Of a stretch of 64,000 nucleotides of DNA, positions 27,345 through 38,532 are shown piece after piece; positions within the stretch are counted from its first letter, which is position 1, and each line of letters opens with the position of its first letter. The position numbers and the translations under genes are program-made. The DNA is taken from the NCBI GenBank assembly GCA_965232515.1, contig CBDDPY010000002.1, positions 5,664,001 to 5,728,000 of the forward strand. Direction: 5' to 3'. The notes beneath the pieces were generated by a model. That model saw only the letters and a list, made by a program, of their open reading frames with translations, searched no databases and was not told the DNA's origin. Source of the stretch: Alphaproteobacteria bacterium (GTDB lineage: Bacteria; Pseudomonadota; Alphaproteobacteria; GCA-2731375).

Positions 27345-29186
27345 TCAGGCCCGGGGGGCCGCGCCTTGCGTGGCGACGAGGTCGTCGATCTGGCGCAGCA
27401 GCGGTTCGTAGTCGGGCGAGTCGGGGCTGGCGTAGTTGAAGTTCTTGAACAGGCCGGTCAGCCGCGTGAAGAAATCGCGGGCCTGCGCCTTGTCGGCAAA
27501 GGCGTAATCCTGTTTGACGATGCGGTAGACCTTGTCGAACGACAGCTTCTGACGTTCCAGCGGCACGGTGGCGTCGACCGCGTCGAACGCATCCTGCTGC
27601 AGATAGACCATGTCGACGAACAGCGCCTTCTGATAGGTGACGAAATCCTCCGCCGTCACGCCTTCCTCGCCGGTCACCTGCATCATCTGCAGCACCGCGT
27701 CGCCGCGGTCCAGCAGATCCAGCATCTCGGCCACGCGTCCCGTCCAGCCGGCCTCCAGATGCGTGTCGAACCATGGCTCGAGCTGCCGCGTATAGCGCGA
27801 CCAGGACAGCAGCGGATCGACGGCGGGATAAAAGCGCTTGTAGGCGCGGTCCGCCGACAGGCCGAGAAAGCACTTCACCGTCGACAGCGTCGATTGCGTC
27901 ACCGGCTCGTCGAAATTGCCGCCGGCCGGCGACACCGTGCCGATCATGGTCAGGCTGCCGACCGAGCCGTCGTTGGTCTCGATCACGCCGGCGCGCTCGT
28001 AGACGCCCTTGATCGAGGATTCGAGATAGGCCGGAAAGCCCTCCTCGCCGGGGATTTCCTCCAGGCGTCCGGACGTCTCGCGCATGGCCTGGGCCCAACG
28101 CGAGGTCGAGTCGGCGATCAGCAGCACGTCGTAGCCCATCTGCCGGTAATACTCGCCGAGCGTGATCCCGGTATAGATCGAGGCCTCGCGCGCGGCGACC
28201 GGCATCGACGAGGTGTTGCAGATGATGATCGTCCGGTCCATTAGCGAGCCGCCGGTCTTGGTATCCGTCATCTTCGGGAACTCGTTGATGGTCTCCACCA
28301 CCTCGCCGGCGCGCTCGCCGCAGGCCACCACCAGGACAATGTCGACCGAGGAATGGCGCGAGATCAGGTTCTGCAGCACCGTCTTGCCGGCGCCGAACGG
28401 GCCCGGGATGCAGGCGGTGCCGCCGCGCGCCACCGGAAAGAACGTGTCGATCAGACGTTGCGTGGTCACCATCGGCTCGTCCGGATAGAGCCGGCGCGAC
28501 AGGCTGCGCTTCAGCAGACCGGCGCTTAACGGCTGCCGCACCGGCCATCTCTGCGTCAGCGAGACGGAGTGCTCGCGGTCGGCCGCGTCGGCGAGGCGCG
28601 CGACGACTTCCTGCGCGTGAAAGCTGCCCTCCTGGATCCAGGCGACCCGGTATTCGCCGGACCAGTCGAACGGCACCATGATCTTGTGCGTGAAGCGGCC
28701 TTCCTGCACCGTGCCCAGCGTGTCGCCCGCCACCACCGTCGCGCCGGTCTTCACCACCGGCACGAACGACCACTTGCCGGTCGAGTCCAGCGCCTCGACG
28801 GCGACGCCGCGCGGCAGGAAGATGCCGTACTGCGCCGCGACCTTCGGCAACGGCGCTTGCAGGCCGTCATAGACCTGGCCCAGCAGCCCCGGCCCCAGAT
28901 CGACCGACAACAGCTGGCTGGACTGTTCGACCCGGTCGCCAATGGCCACGCCCATGGTGCTTTCATAGACCTGGGCATCGGCATAGGCGCCGCGCACACG
29001 CAGCACCTCGGCCTTCAGCCGTTCCTGCTCGCCACGTTCGTTGAGTTCGCTCGGACAGACATAGACCACTTCGTTCTTGACCAGCGAGGCGCGATTGCCG
29101 GCCTCGTCCATCTGGGCCTCGATCTCGACCAGATCATCCTGGACGGCGACGATGCGTGCCGTCGCCGGGGCGTTGGGCGTTGTCAT
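27345..29186 (-). CDS. ntpA: V/A-type ATP synthase subunit A
   Basis: [42 protein letters not shown]. Confidence 0.95.
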   Translation of the reverse strand: MTTPNAPATARIVAVQDDLVEIEAQMDEAGNRASLVKNEVVYVCPSELNERGEQERLKAEVLRVRGAYADAQVYESTMGVAIGDRVEQSSQLLSVDLGPGLLGQVYDGLQAPLPKVAAQYGIFLPRGVAVEALDSTGKWSFVPVVKTGATVVAGDTLGTVQEGRFTHKIMVPFDWSGEYRVAWIQEGSFHAQEVVARLADAADREHSVSLTQRWPVRQPLSAGLLKRSLSRRLYPDEPMVTTQRLIDTFFPVARGGTACIPGPFGAGKTVLQNLISRHSSVDIVLVVACGERAGEVVETINEFPKMTDTKTGGSLMDRTIIICNTSSMPVAAREASIYTGITLGEYYRQMGYDVLLIADSTSRWAQAMRETSGRLEEIPGEEGFPAYLESSIKGVYERAGVIETNDGSVGSLTMIGTVSPAGGNFDEPVTQSTLSTVKCFLGLSADRAYKRFYPAVDPLLSWSRYTRQLEPWFDTHLEAGWTGRVAEMLDLLDRGDAVLQMMQVTGEEGVTAEDFVTYQKALFVDMVYLQQDAFDAVDATVPLERQKLSFDKVYRIVKQDYAFADKAQARDFFTRLTGLFKNFNYASPDSPDYEPLLRQIDDLVATQGAAPRA

Positions 29187-29878
29187 GATCGTTCCGTGAA
29201 AGTTAGGGTGGCGAACCGGCCGAGGCCCGCTTCGGTCAGGTCCTGAAAGCGGCGGGCCGCGGCCTCCGAATTGTATTTCGTCCAGCGGTCGACGATGTTC
29301 CATTTCAGCACGTAGATCACCACGGCCTCGAAATCGAACTGATGCTCGCCGGCCTGCCGGACCAGCTTCTGCCAGGATTCCTGCAGCAGCAGCCGCTCCA
29401 GGGTCTCGGAGTCGCCGTCCTTCAGCAGCCGGTCGGCTTCCCGCAGCCACGGAAACACGCCGTCCAGTCGGAATGTCGGCTCGGTCCAATGGCGCGCGAT
29501 GTGGTGGACCCAGCGGCCGATGCCCCAGCGCGCGCCGGCCGCCGGCGCCGCCTCGCCACGAAGCCGCCGGCGCAACGCCGCGACGCAGGTACGGATCTCC
29601 AACCGGTCGCGAATGATCCGCGTCAGCACCTCGTTGTCGATCTGCGCCAGTGCTTTCCGCCCGCGGTCGACCACGTCGGCATCGCTCAATTCGATCGGCA
29701 GGTGGTCCCACCGCAGCGCGTCTTCCACCTGTCGCAGGACCGCTGCGTGCCCCGGCGACAGCACGCGCAGACGCTGGTCGAGCCTCAACCGCGACAGGGG
29801 CGTCTGCTTCGCCACGAAAATCGGTTCCGGCTTCGGCAGGCTGGAGATCAGCATCACATAGGCGTTCGGATCGCTCAT
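29183..29878 (-). CDS. V-ATPase-associated DUF2764 / subunit C-like protein
   Basis: Located between E and A; Y.MLISSLP N-terminus, FDFEAV..Y.LKW. Confidence 0.75.
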   Translation of the reverse strand: MSDPNAYVMLISSLPKPEPIFVAKQTPLSRLRLDQRLRVLSPGHAAVLRQVEDALRWDHLPIELSDADVVDRGRKALAQIDNEVLTRIIRDRLEIRTCVAALRRRLRGEAAPAAGARWGIGRWVHHIARHWTEPTFRLDGVFPWLREADRLLKDGDSETLERLLLQESWQKLVRQAGEHQFDFEAVVIYVLKWNIVDRWTKYNSEAAARRFQDLTEAGLGRFATLTFTERS

Positions 29879-29892
29879 CGCCGCGCGCCGCC

Positions 29893-30585
29893 TTATCTGA
29901 CGATGCCTTCGAGGATGGCGCGGAAGCGCGGCTGCAGATGCTTCAGCAGCAGGTCGGCCACGGCCTCGTCGGTCAGATCCACGGTGATCTCCTTCTCCGC
30001 GACGTGGACCCGCACGCCCGATCCCATGTCATCCGATGCCGAAAACGTGACGCCGTCGCGCATCATCTCGCCGGTCAAGCCCAGGACGAAGCCGGTCAGC
30101 CGGCCTTTTTGCAGCTCATCGGGGTCGCCGCGCAATTCCTCCATGCCGACGGCGCTTTCGGGCAGGATCACGTCCAGGGCCTCGGCCTCGTCCAGGCCGG
30201 TCCTGTCCTGGGCGCGACCGGCCACCTCCAGGATCATCCGCCGCAGCATCTCCGGATCCGCCAGGTCGTGCGAGACCAGGCGTTTCACATCCGCGCTGAA
30301 CCGGTCCATCAGCTGCGCCTTCATCTCCAGAACGGCGTCGCGCATGGCCGATTTCAATGCCTGCTCACCGGCGGACCGATAAGCATCGGACTCCCTGTGC
30401 GCGGTCTCCAGCTTGCTCTTGGCCTCGGCCGTCGCCTCGTCCAGGATTCGCTTGGCTTGCGCCCGGGCGTCGGCGACGATCTGCTCGGCGTCGCTGCGCC
30501 CGGCCGACACGCCGTCCTCGCGCAACCGCGCGATCAGGGCGTCGACGCCGCTGGAGACGGGCTCGGCTGGCTGTTGCTTCGCCAT
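29893..30585 (-). CDS. ntpE: V/A-type ATP synthase subunit E
   Basis: LIARLREDGV..G...A..I...A coiled coil; C-terminal LQPRFR.IL. Confidence 0.8.
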   Translation of the reverse strand: MAKQQPAEPVSSGVDALIARLREDGVSAGRSDAEQIVADARAQAKRILDEATAEAKSKLETAHRESDAYRSAGEQALKSAMRDAVLEMKAQLMDRFSADVKRLVSHDLADPEMLRRMILEVAGRAQDRTGLDEAEALDVILPESAVGMEELRGDPDELQKGRLTGFVLGLTGEMMRDGVTFSASDDMGSGVRVHVAEKEITVDLTDEAVADLLLKHLQPRFRAILEGIVR

Positions 30586-31037
30586 CACGCGCCTCCCGGG
30601 ATGCCGGCGCTGACGACCAGCGCGAAGATGAAAGCGAACACGGCGAAGCCCTCGACGATCGCCGCCGGCGCCACCGACAGGCCGAAGATCTCGGGCTTCT
30701 CCTTGAACGCGTTGATCGCCGCCGCGACGGCGCGGCCCTGCCAGATCGCCGTGTAGAGCAGGGCGATGCCGGCGAAGAAGCCGATGCCGAACAGCGCGCC
30801 CGCGTTTTCCGGCGTCACCTCGCGGTTCAGCGTGAACATCACGACGATGCCGTAGATCACCATCGACGAGGGAAACGCCGACAGGCCGACGAAGCGGCCA
30901 TAGCCGCCCTCGGTCTCCAGCATGGCGCCGATGCCGGCCTGGCCGGCGATGGAGCAGCCGATCCCGCTGCCGACCGCGCTGATGGCCATCGGCGAATAGA
31001 TGCCGACCCAGCCCAAGGCAATGACCAGTTCGTTCAC
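30585..31037 (-). CDS. ntpK: V/A-type ATP synthase subunit K (proteolipid, 4 TM)
   Basis: GS.IGC..AGQA, PSSM.IYG, WQG, IVEGFAVF; RBS GGAGG before GTG. Confidence 0.9.
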   Translation of the reverse strand: MNELVIALGWVGIYSPMAISAVGSGIGCSIAGQAGIGAMLETEGGYGRFVGLSAFPSSMVIYGIVVMFTLNREVTPENAGALFGIGFFAGIALLYTAIWQGRAVAAAINAFKEKPEIFGLSVAPAAIVEGFAVFAFIFALVVSAGIPGGA

Positions 31038-32833
31038 GGTTGCACCTCCCTGCGGGCGAACCGGCGGAAGGCCTTGCCTTCCTCGGGCATCGCCCATTTG
31101 TAGAACTCCATGAAGTTGAGCCGTAGGCCATGCACCACGCCGCTCATGATCGAAAGGCCCAGGTTCAGCGTATGGCCGACGAGCAGCAGCAGGATCGCCA
31201 GCAGCAGCCCCAGGCCCGGCACCGCGTCCTTCATCTGCATGGCGAGGCTGTTGAACGTCAGCGCCAGCGACGCGCTCGCGAGCCCGAGCGCGAACAGCCG
31301 CATGTAGCTCAGCACGTCGCCGAACATGCCCATGACACCGGTCAGCGCCTGGGCACCGTCCAGCACCCGCCAGAGATAATCTGTCGGGCGCCCGCCAAAT
31401 GGCCGGTTGCTGGAGAACAGGAACACCGCCACGAGACCGGCGACCAGCAGGCCGGTGCCGACAGTGGCAAGCGTGCCGCCGGCCTCGGCGAAGGCCAGGA
31501 AGAAGCCGCCGAACAGCCCGGCGATCCAGCCGACATTCGCGATCGCAACCGGCCGGCCCCAATTCAGGTAGGCGACGATCGCGTTCGCCAGCACCAGATG
31601 CAGGATGCCGATCACGATGGAGATCATCATCATGGCCTGGTAATTGTTGACATCGAGCACGTGCAGCGCGCCCAACAGCGAACCGTCCGGCGGTGTCACG
31701 CCGAAATAGCTGCCGACCAGAACGCCGTAGACGATGCAGCAGCCGAACAGGCTGAGGCCCAGCAACCGGTAGCCGCGGCCCTTTTCGCTGGCGCCCAGGC
31801 GTTTCCAGCCGACGAGCAGGCCCGCCAGCAGGACCAGGCCGTAACCGGCGTCCGACAGGATCATCGCGAAGAAGACCGAAAACGAGAAGAACAGCACGAT
31901 TGAGGGGTCCCAGGCGCGGTAGCTCGGGATCTGATAGAACATGGCCAGGTCGACGCCGGCCGCCAGCTCCGGCGGTTCCTCGATCAGCGTCGGCGGCTCT
32001 TCGTCGCGCGCCGGCGCTTCGACCAGGCAGGCAAGACCGGCATTCTGAGCGTAGACCTCGACCTCAAGCACGGCCTCGTCCGGCACCCAGCCCTGTACGG
32101 CGACGATGCCGTCGACGTCGCGGGTCTGCTGATCGGCGTGCGTCAACGAGGCGCGGTTCTCGGCTTCGGCAAGATTGACGCTCAGGAGATAGATGTAGCG
32201 GGTCAACGCCTCGCGCCGCGCCACCAGGTCCTCGATCCCGACCTCGGTGTCTTCGAGCTGTGCTTTCAGCTCGCTTGCGGGCAGCGCGCCGGTATGCGTG
32301 CGCGGCACCGGCAGCAGATCGGCCGGCGGCTCGTCATCCGCGATGACCACGACATAGGCGAAGCGGTTGTCCCTGCGCACGATTTCCCAGGGCAGATCGA
32401 CGCGGTCGAGGCTGCTCAGCATGCGCAGCGGCAGCAGGTAGAACCACAGGCGATACCCGGCCAGCTCGTCGTGCGGCGGGAATACCAGATCGCCCCAGGG
32501 CACAAGCTCGCCGATGCGGTGTTGCAGGAAATCGCGCCGGTCGGTGGCGTCCCGCAGCCGCTGTTTGACCTCCAGCGCATCCTCGACCAGCTTCTCCACG
32601 TCGAATGCGGGATCGCGTGTCACCTGCTTGCGCTTCTCCGCCGTATCGGTCAGGAAGCGCAGCGCCTTGTAGGCGGACTCGGCGCGCGGCGACGCCACGT
32701 CCTCGACCTCGGCCGGCGCCGGCCGCAGCGGCAGCAAATGCATGCAGCCGAGTTTCTGCAGTCCCTCCAGGACGTCGCTCTTTTCCTTCAGCAGGCCGCA
32801 GAGCGTGACCTTCCTGAGGGCGACGATGCTCAT
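31034..32833 (-). CDS. ntpI: V/A-type ATP synthase subunit I
   Basis: FFAMILSDAGYG, FGDVLSYMRLFALGLA, VHGLRLNFMEF. Confidence 0.95.
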   Translation of the reverse strand: MSIVALRKVTLCGLLKEKSDVLEGLQKLGCMHLLPLRPAPAEVEDVASPRAESAYKALRFLTDTAEKRKQVTRDPAFDVEKLVEDALEVKQRLRDATDRRDFLQHRIGELVPWGDLVFPPHDELAGYRLWFYLLPLRMLSSLDRVDLPWEIVRRDNRFAYVVVIADDEPPADLLPVPRTHTGALPASELKAQLEDTEVGIEDLVARREALTRYIYLLSVNLAEAENRASLTHADQQTRDVDGIVAVQGWVPDEAVLEVEVYAQNAGLACLVEAPARDEEPPTLIEEPPELAAGVDLAMFYQIPSYRAWDPSIVLFFSFSVFFAMILSDAGYGLVLLAGLLVGWKRLGASEKGRGYRLLGLSLFGCCIVYGVLVGSYFGVTPPDGSLLGALHVLDVNNYQAMMMISIVIGILHLVLANAIVAYLNWGRPVAIANVGWIAGLFGGFFLAFAEAGGTLATVGTGLLVAGLVAVFLFSSNRPFGGRPTDYLWRVLDGAQALTGVMGMFGDVLSYMRLFALGLASASLALTFNSLAMQMKDAVPGLGLLLAILLLLVGHTLNLGLSIMSGVVHGLRLNFMEFYKWAMPEEGKAFRRFARREVQP

Positions 32834-33435
32834 GCCGTTGCCGCCGTCGCGTGCTTGCGTTTGGCGATCTTGGAGCGCACAACAGCGGCCTTCTCCGCGT
32901 CCGACAGATAGATCTGCACGCGTTTGATGTTCCGCCGGGTCTTCGGGATCAGCACCTTGTCGAACAGGTTGACGCGCTGCGTGATGGTCTTGACCGCCGC
33001 GTCGAGCAGCGCCAGGCGTTGCACTTCGACCTGGACCGCGATGCGCAGCTTCAGCATCTCGGTCAATCTCGCCGCGACGGCGTCGACCCAATGCGGCCGG
33101 CCCATCAGCGCATAGGACCTGATCTCGACATCGACCGCCTCGACCACCGGCAGCCGCGTGCCGACGATGTTCTCCGTGCCCAGCCTGACGTCCGTCACCT
33201 TGGCGAGGTCGGTGAGATCGACATCGCGGTCTGCCAGCATGCGCAAACGCCGACCGACGTTCTTCTCCAGCGCCGCGATCTCGGTGCGGGTCGCGGCCAG
33301 CGACCGCGCGGCCTTGGCCCGTTCCGCCATCAGCTGCTGGCGTTTCAAGTCCAGTGACGGCAGGAAACGCTCGAAGGTCGCCAGGCTCTTCCGCTCGCGC
33401 GCCAGCGAGGACTTACTGAGCTGCAGCCGCGCCAT
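32830..33435 (-). CDS. ntpD: V/A-type ATP synthase subunit D
   Basis: [25 protein letters not shown]. Confidence 0.9.
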   Translation of the reverse strand: MARLQLSKSSLARERKSLATFERFLPSLDLKRQQLMAERAKAARSLAATRTEIAALEKNVGRRLRMLADRDVDLTDLAKVTDVRLGTENIVGTRLPVVEAVDVEIRSYALMGRPHWVDAVAARLTEMLKLRIAVQVEVQRLALLDAAVKTITQRVNLFDKVLIPKTRRNIKRVQIYLSDAEKAAVVRSKIAKRKHATAATA

Positions 33436-34834
33436 GGCCAGCTTCTTCTTCTGATTCTGCCTCGGTCTCGGACGCGGCCTCGGCCGTCTCGGACGGCGAC
33501 AGGTCGGTGGGGAAGTACTTGTCGATCAGGTCCTGCTTCATCAGCAGCTGTTCCGGCCGGAAACACTCGGCGAGCGTCCGCCAGCTCAGATCGAGCGCGT
33601 CCTCCAGCGGGATCGACACGTCGATGTCCATAAATCGTTCGCGGAACAGGTCGCTGAACTTCAGGAGCTGCTCGTCGTAGTCCGACAGCTCGAAGGCCAT
33701 GGCCTGTTTCTGCTGCGCCTCGCGCCCGCCGGAATAGAACCGGATCATGGTGTTCATGATCTGGCCGTGGTCCTCGCGTGTGACCTTGCCAATCACGTTC
33801 TGCTTCAGGCGCGACAGCGAACCGAAGGGATCGATGACGCCGTCATGCAGATAGAACTGGCCCTCGGTGATGTAGCCCGTGTTGTCGGGCACGGGATGGG
33901 TGACGTCGTCGCCCGGCATGGAGGTCACCGTCAGCAGCGTCACCGAACCGCCCTTGGCGAAGTCGCAGGCCTTCTCGTAGCGCCGGGCGAGCTGCGAATA
34001 GAGATCGCCCATGTAGCCGCGGTTAGACGGCACGCGCTCCATCGAAATGCCGACCTCCTTCAGGGCATCGGCATAGGCCGTCATGTCGGTCAGAAGCACC
34101 AGCACGCGCTTGCCTTCCTCGACGGCGAAGCGTTCGGCCACGGCCAGCGCCATGTCCGGCACCAGCAGCCGCTCGACGATGGGGTCCGAGGCCTGATTGA
34201 TGAACATCACCGTGCGCGAGAACACGCCGGCGTCCTCGAAGTTCTTCCGGAAAGTGAAGTAGTCGTCGAAGATCAGCCCCAGCCCGCCGAACACGACGAT
34301 ATCGGCGTCGGCCTGAATGCCGATGCGAGCCAGGAACGGATTGAACGGCTCGCCCGAGACCGAGAAGATCGGGATCTTCTGGCTCTCCACCAGGCAGTTG
34401 AAGATGTCGATCATCGGCACGTTGGTGCGGATCATCTTGGTCGGTACGATGCGCTCGCACGGGTTCACCGACGGCCCGCCGATCTCGACCTTGGCGTCCA
34501 TCGACAGGTCGGGGCCGCCGTCGATCGGGTTGCCCTTGCCGTCGAACACGCGGCCCAGGATGTTGGGCGAATAGGTCACCTGCATGGGATGGCCCAGGAA
34601 GGTGACGGTCGCGGCCGTCGACACGCCCTTGGTGCCGTCGAACACCTGCAGCGACACGGCGTCGCGGTTGATGTTGATGACCTGCGCCAGCGACGTGCCG
34701 CCGTCGGCCTGCTCGATCATGGCCAGATCGCCGAATCTGACCGCGGCCGCGTCCCCATTGCCGGCCGGCGGCACCTGCACCTTCAGGATATCGCCGACGA
34801 TCTCCAAGACCTTGGAGTAGCGCACAAGTTCCAT
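33413..34834 (-). CDS. ntpB: V/A-type ATP synthase subunit B
   Basis: [44 protein letters not shown]. Confidence 0.95.
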   Translation of the reverse strand: MELVRYSKVLEIVGDILKVQVPPAGNGDAAAVRFGDLAMIEQADGGTSLAQVININRDAVSLQVFDGTKGVSTAATVTFLGHPMQVTYSPNILGRVFDGKGNPIDGGPDLSMDAKVEIGGPSVNPCERIVPTKMIRTNVPMIDIFNCLVESQKIPIFSVSGEPFNPFLARIGIQADADIVVFGGLGLIFDDYFTFRKNFEDAGVFSRTVMFINQASDPIVERLLVPDMALAVAERFAVEEGKRVLVLLTDMTAYADALKEVGISMERVPSNRGYMGDLYSQLARRYEKACDFAKGGSVTLLTVTSMPGDDVTHPVPDNTGYITEGQFYLHDGVIDPFGSLSRLKQNVIGKVTREDHGQIMNTMIRFYSGGREAQQKQAMAFELSDYDEQLLKFSDLFRERFMDIDVSIPLEDALDLSWRTLAECFRPEQLLMKQDLIDKYFPTDLSPSETAEAASETEAESEEEAGHGAAAAQ

Positions 34835-34885
34835 ATTCTGCCCCGTCTGTCCCCGTTGCCCCTGTCGGTAATCGTTAGATGGATT

Positions 34886-35104
34886 TCAGTTTCGCTTTTT
34901 CGACTCCGCAGCATTGGATTGGTCGTGGTCCGGCTCGGCCGGGTCCTGCAACCGGTAAATGGTGAACTCGCCCTGCTTGGATGTCAGCAGACCCGCGCCG
35001 GGCGGTATCTCACGGCGGTTGTGCGAGGTGTCGCCGCGCTTGATCTCGACGCCGGCGCAGGCGGCAAGCAGCAGGCAGACGGCGATGGTCAGCCCAACGC
35101 GCAT
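34886..35104 (-). CDS. Small lipoprotein
   Basis: Lipobox LLLAAC after a short hydrophobic signal; abuts the porin stop. Confidence 0.65.
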   Translation of the reverse strand: MRVGLTIAVCLLLAACAGVEIKRGDTSHNRREIPPGAGLLTSKQGEFTIYRLQDPAEPDHDQSNAAESKKRN

Positions 35105-36504
35105 CAGAACTTCACCCGCGTGCCGACGGTGCCCACGTAGATCTCCTCGATGTCAGGATCGCTGTCCCGATCCAGGTCGAAGAAACGGAACTGGGCGTAA
35201 AGCTCGGTGCCGTAGTCCTCGATCAACTGCACGGCGGCGACGCCGAAGCTGGTGCCCTCGTCGTCCTGTTGGATGACGTTTTCGTTGTAGGTCGCATCGA
35301 TGCCGAATCCGGTCGCGCCAAAGCCGAAGAACCGGGTGTCCCAGGACAGCTTGCCATAGAGGTTAAAGGGATTGTCGCCGTCGTCGACCTCATCGGTGCC
35401 GGCCGAGACCGTCAGGCCGAGGCCGCTCGGGTTGTGAATGGCCGAGAACGAGCCGGCGAGACGCCAATCGGCCTCGGCGGTGTTCGGGTCCCGGATCGAG
35501 ACCGCGCCCAGCGTGGTGAACGGTCCGATATCGACGCCGGTCCAGTCGCCGTAGTCGCCGCCCCAGGTCAGCGCGGCATCCTGGCGATCGTCCGAGCCGG
35601 CCGAGACCGAGAGTTGCAGCCCGGGGCCGACCACGGGCGAATCGTAGCGCACCCGGTCCTGGCGGTTGCCGTCGAAATTGAAGAAGGCATCGCCGAGCGC
35701 GATGCCGGTGAGCGCGCCGCCGGCCGTCGTGAACTGAATGCCGCCGACGACGTCCGAGACGCCGGAATACATGATCGGCCCGGCGACCAGCGAGAGGTCG
35801 TACTCGGCCGTATCGTCGGCCGCGGCCGCGCCCTTGCCGAACAGGATTTGGCCATAGGCGTCATTGCGGGCCAGCGCCTCGACCTTGCGCACGTCGATGA
35901 AATCGTCGGCGCTCTGGTTGGTCTGGCTGACGTCGAACGAGTTGTTCGGGCTGAAGGCGATCTCGACCACGGTGCCCAGTGTCGTTTCGTCGGTCACCGC
36001 GGCGGTGCCGACGAAGCGCAGCCGCGAATTCGAGACGTCGTTGTCGACGAAGAAAGCGTCGGTCTCGTCGCCGTCATCGACCACGTTCACGGCCCGGTTC
36101 AACTGACCGGAGATTGCCAGCTTGATGCGGTCGCTGCCCGATGTGATCAAACGCTCGCCCTCGGGTCGGGTCTTCTGCGCCGTGTCGATCGCCTGCCGTG
36201 CGGTCGACTGCGCCTCCGAGGCAATGCTCTGGGTCTCGGTCGAGGTTTGCTCAAGCTGATCGAGACGGGTTTTCAGCGCCTGGATCGTCTGCATCTGCGT
36301 GTTGAGCTGATCGGACTGCTGTCGCAGCTGGTCCGATTGCTGCTGCAGGCGCGTTTCCTGCTGTTCGATGAGTTGCTGCAACTGCTGCAGCAGAGCGGCG
36401 TCGACAGCGACGGTCTGCGCCCGGGCCACGTCCGGCGGAGATACGGTCGCGACCACGATTGCCGCCAGCGCCCCAACGATCGTTGAACGAGATGTTCGCA
36501 TCAT
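35104..36504 (-). CDS. Porin with an N-terminal coiled coil
   Basis: Signal peptide, Gln-rich coiled coil, SRLRFVG strands, C-terminal GTRVKF. Confidence 0.8.
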   Translation of the reverse strand: MMRTSRSTIVGALAAIVVATVSPPDVARAQTVAVDAALLQQLQQLIEQQETRLQQQSDQLRQQSDQLNTQMQTIQALKTRLDQLEQTSTETQSIASEAQSTARQAIDTAQKTRPEGERLITSGSDRIKLAISGQLNRAVNVVDDGDETDAFFVDNDVSNSRLRFVGTAAVTDETTLGTVVEIAFSPNNSFDVSQTNQSADDFIDVRKVEALARNDAYGQILFGKGAAAADDTAEYDLSLVAGPIMYSGVSDVVGGIQFTTAGGALTGIALGDAFFNFDGNRQDRVRYDSPVVGPGLQLSVSAGSDDRQDAALTWGGDYGDWTGVDIGPFTTLGAVSIRDPNTAEADWRLAGSFSAIHNPSGLGLTVSAGTDEVDDGDNPFNLYGKLSWDTRFFGFGATGFGIDATYNENVIQQDDEGTSFGVAAVQLIEDYGTELYAQFRFFDLDRDSDPDIEEIYVGTVGTRVKF

Positions 36505-36544
36505 CGACCCCACTAATCTCATCGTTCCCTCCTAATCCAACTCG

Positions 36545-37483
36545 CTAATCGTGAAAGCTGATGCCGTCGAAGCTCTTGCCGATGCGCGTGCCTTTTTCGC
36601 CGCGCACGATCGCCGGCATGTCGGCGAGCGCACCGATCGCCGCGACGTTCCCTGTGGCGACGGCGAACTGGCAGGCGGCGTCGACCTTCGGGCCCATGGA
36701 TCCGGCGGGAAAGTCGTAGCTCGCCATTTCCGACGGCGTGGCCTCGAAGATGCCCTTGGCCTCGGGCGTGCCCCAATCGACGAACACGGCATCCGCGTCC
36801 GTCGCCATGATGAACAGATCGGCCTCGAGCTCGCGGGCCAGCAGCTCGGAGCAGAAATCCTTGTCGATCACCGCTTCAACGCCGGTCAGCTTGCGGTCGG
36901 CCCCGGGCGCGTACATGGTCGGCACGCCGCCGCCGCCGGCGCAGATCACCACGGTGTTGTGCTCCAGCAGCCACTTGATCGGCCGCATCTCGAAAATGCG
37001 CTTGGGCGCCGGCGACGGCACCACGCGGCGCCATTTGTCGCCGTCGGGCTTGAACACCCAGTCCTTCTGTTCGGCGATCCGGTCGGCCTCGTCCCTTTCG
37101 TAGACCGGCCCGACGAACTTCGTGGGATCCTTGAAGCCGGGATCCTCGGGATCGACCTCGACCATGGTCAGGATGGTCGCGAACGGCACCTCGAACGGCA
37201 GCAGGTTGCCCAGCTCCTGCTCGATCATGTAGCCGATCATGCCCTCGGTCTCGGCGCCCAGCACGTCCAGCGGATAGGCCTCGTCCGGCTTGTAGGCGGC
37301 GCCCTGCAGCGCCAGCAGGCCGACCTGCGGCCCGTTGCCGTGCGAGACGACGAGCTGATGCTCCTCGGCGAGCGGCGCCAGCGCCTCCGCCGCGATGCGG
37401 ATGTTCTCGCGCTGGTTCTCCGCCGTCATGGCCTGACCGCGCCGGAGCAGCGCGTTGCCGCCCAGCGCAACGACGATCCGCAT
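36545..37483 (-). CDS. arcC: Carbamate kinase
   Basis: [40 protein letters not shown]. Confidence 0.95.
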   Translation of the reverse strand: MRIVVALGGNALLRRGQAMTAENQRENIRIAAEALAPLAEEHQLVVSHGNGPQVGLLALQGAAYKPDEAYPLDVLGAETEGMIGYMIEQELGNLLPFEVPFATILTMVEVDPEDPGFKDPTKFVGPVYERDEADRIAEQKDWVFKPDGDKWRRVVPSPAPKRIFEMRPIKWLLEHNTVVICAGGGGVPTMYAPGADRKLTGVEAVIDKDFCSELLARELEADLFIMATDADAVFVDWGTPEAKGIFEATPSEMASYDFPAGSMGPKVDAACQFAVATGNVAAIGALADMPAIVRGEKGTRIGKSFDGISFHD

Positions 37484-37486
37484 GGC

Positions 37487-38488
37487 TCAGCTCCCGATCG
37501 CGGCGACCAGCACGGCCTTGATGGTGTGCATCCGGTTCTCGGCCTGTTCGAACTGAATGCCGGCCGCGGACTCGAAGACTTCGTCGGTCACCTCCATCTC
37601 GGCGATGCCGAACTTCTCGTGCATCTCCTCGCCGACCTTGGTCTCGCGGTTGTGGAAAGCGGGCAGGCAATGCATGAACTTGGTCGAGCCGACACCGGTC
37701 GACGCCATCAGCTCGGCATTGACCTGATACGGCGTCAGCAGCTTGATCCGCTCCTCCCAGACCTCGGCCGGCTCGCCCATCGAGACCCAGACATCGGTGT
37801 GCACGAAATCGCAGCCTTTCACCGCCTCGTGCGGATCCTCGGTGATACTGAGTTTGGCGCCGTAGGTGTCGGCCAGCCGGCGCGCCGCGCTCTCATACTC
37901 GTCGTTCGGCCAGTTCGCCTTCGGCGCGGCGATGCGCACGTCCATGCCCATCAGGCAGCCGGCGATCATCAGCGAGTGGCCCATGTTGCTGCGCGCGTCG
38001 CCGACATAGGCGTACGAGATCTCGTGCAGCGGCTTGTCGGCATGCTCGCGCATGGTCAACAGGTCGGCCAGCATCTGGGTCGGATGGAACTCGTCGGTCA
38101 GGCCGTTGAAGACCGGCACGCCGGCATAGGACGCCAGCTCCTCGACGATTTCCTGTCCGAAGCCGCGATATTCGATCGCGTCATACATGCGGCCCAGCAC
38201 CCGCGCCGTGTCCTTCATCGATTCCTTGTGGCCGATCTGCGAGCCGGACGGGCCGAGATAGGTGACGCCCGCGCCCTGATCCATCGCCGCCACCTCGAAG
38301 GCGCACATGGTCCGGGTCGAGGTCTTCTCGAAGATCAGGCAGATATTCTTGCCTTTCAGATGCTGCTGCTCCGTGCCGGCGTATTTCGCCCGCTTCAGGT
38401 CGCGCGACAGATCCAGCAGATAGCGCATCTCGCGCTGGTCGAAGTCGAGCAGCTTCAGAAAGCTGCGCCCCTTGAGATTGAAAGCCAT
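37487..38488 (-). CDS. arcB: Ornithine carbamoyltransferase (catabolic)
   Basis: [29 protein letters not shown]. Confidence 0.95.
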   Translation of the reverse strand: MAFNLKGRSFLKLLDFDQREMRYLLDLSRDLKRAKYAGTEQQHLKGKNICLIFEKTSTRTMCAFEVAAMDQGAGVTYLGPSGSQIGHKESMKDTARVLGRMYDAIEYRGFGQEIVEELASYAGVPVFNGLTDEFHPTQMLADLLTMREHADKPLHEISYAYVGDARSNMGHSLMIAGCLMGMDVRIAAPKANWPNDEYESAARRLADTYGAKLSITEDPHEAVKGCDFVHTDVWVSMGEPAEVWEERIKLLTPYQVNAELMASTGVGSTKFMHCLPAFHNRETKVGEEMHEKFGIAEMEVTDEVFESAAGIQFEQAENRMHTIKAVLVAAIGS

Positions 38489-38532
38489 CGTATCGTCTCC
38501 CTAGGTCACCCGGGTCCGACACCCGGTCCGTG

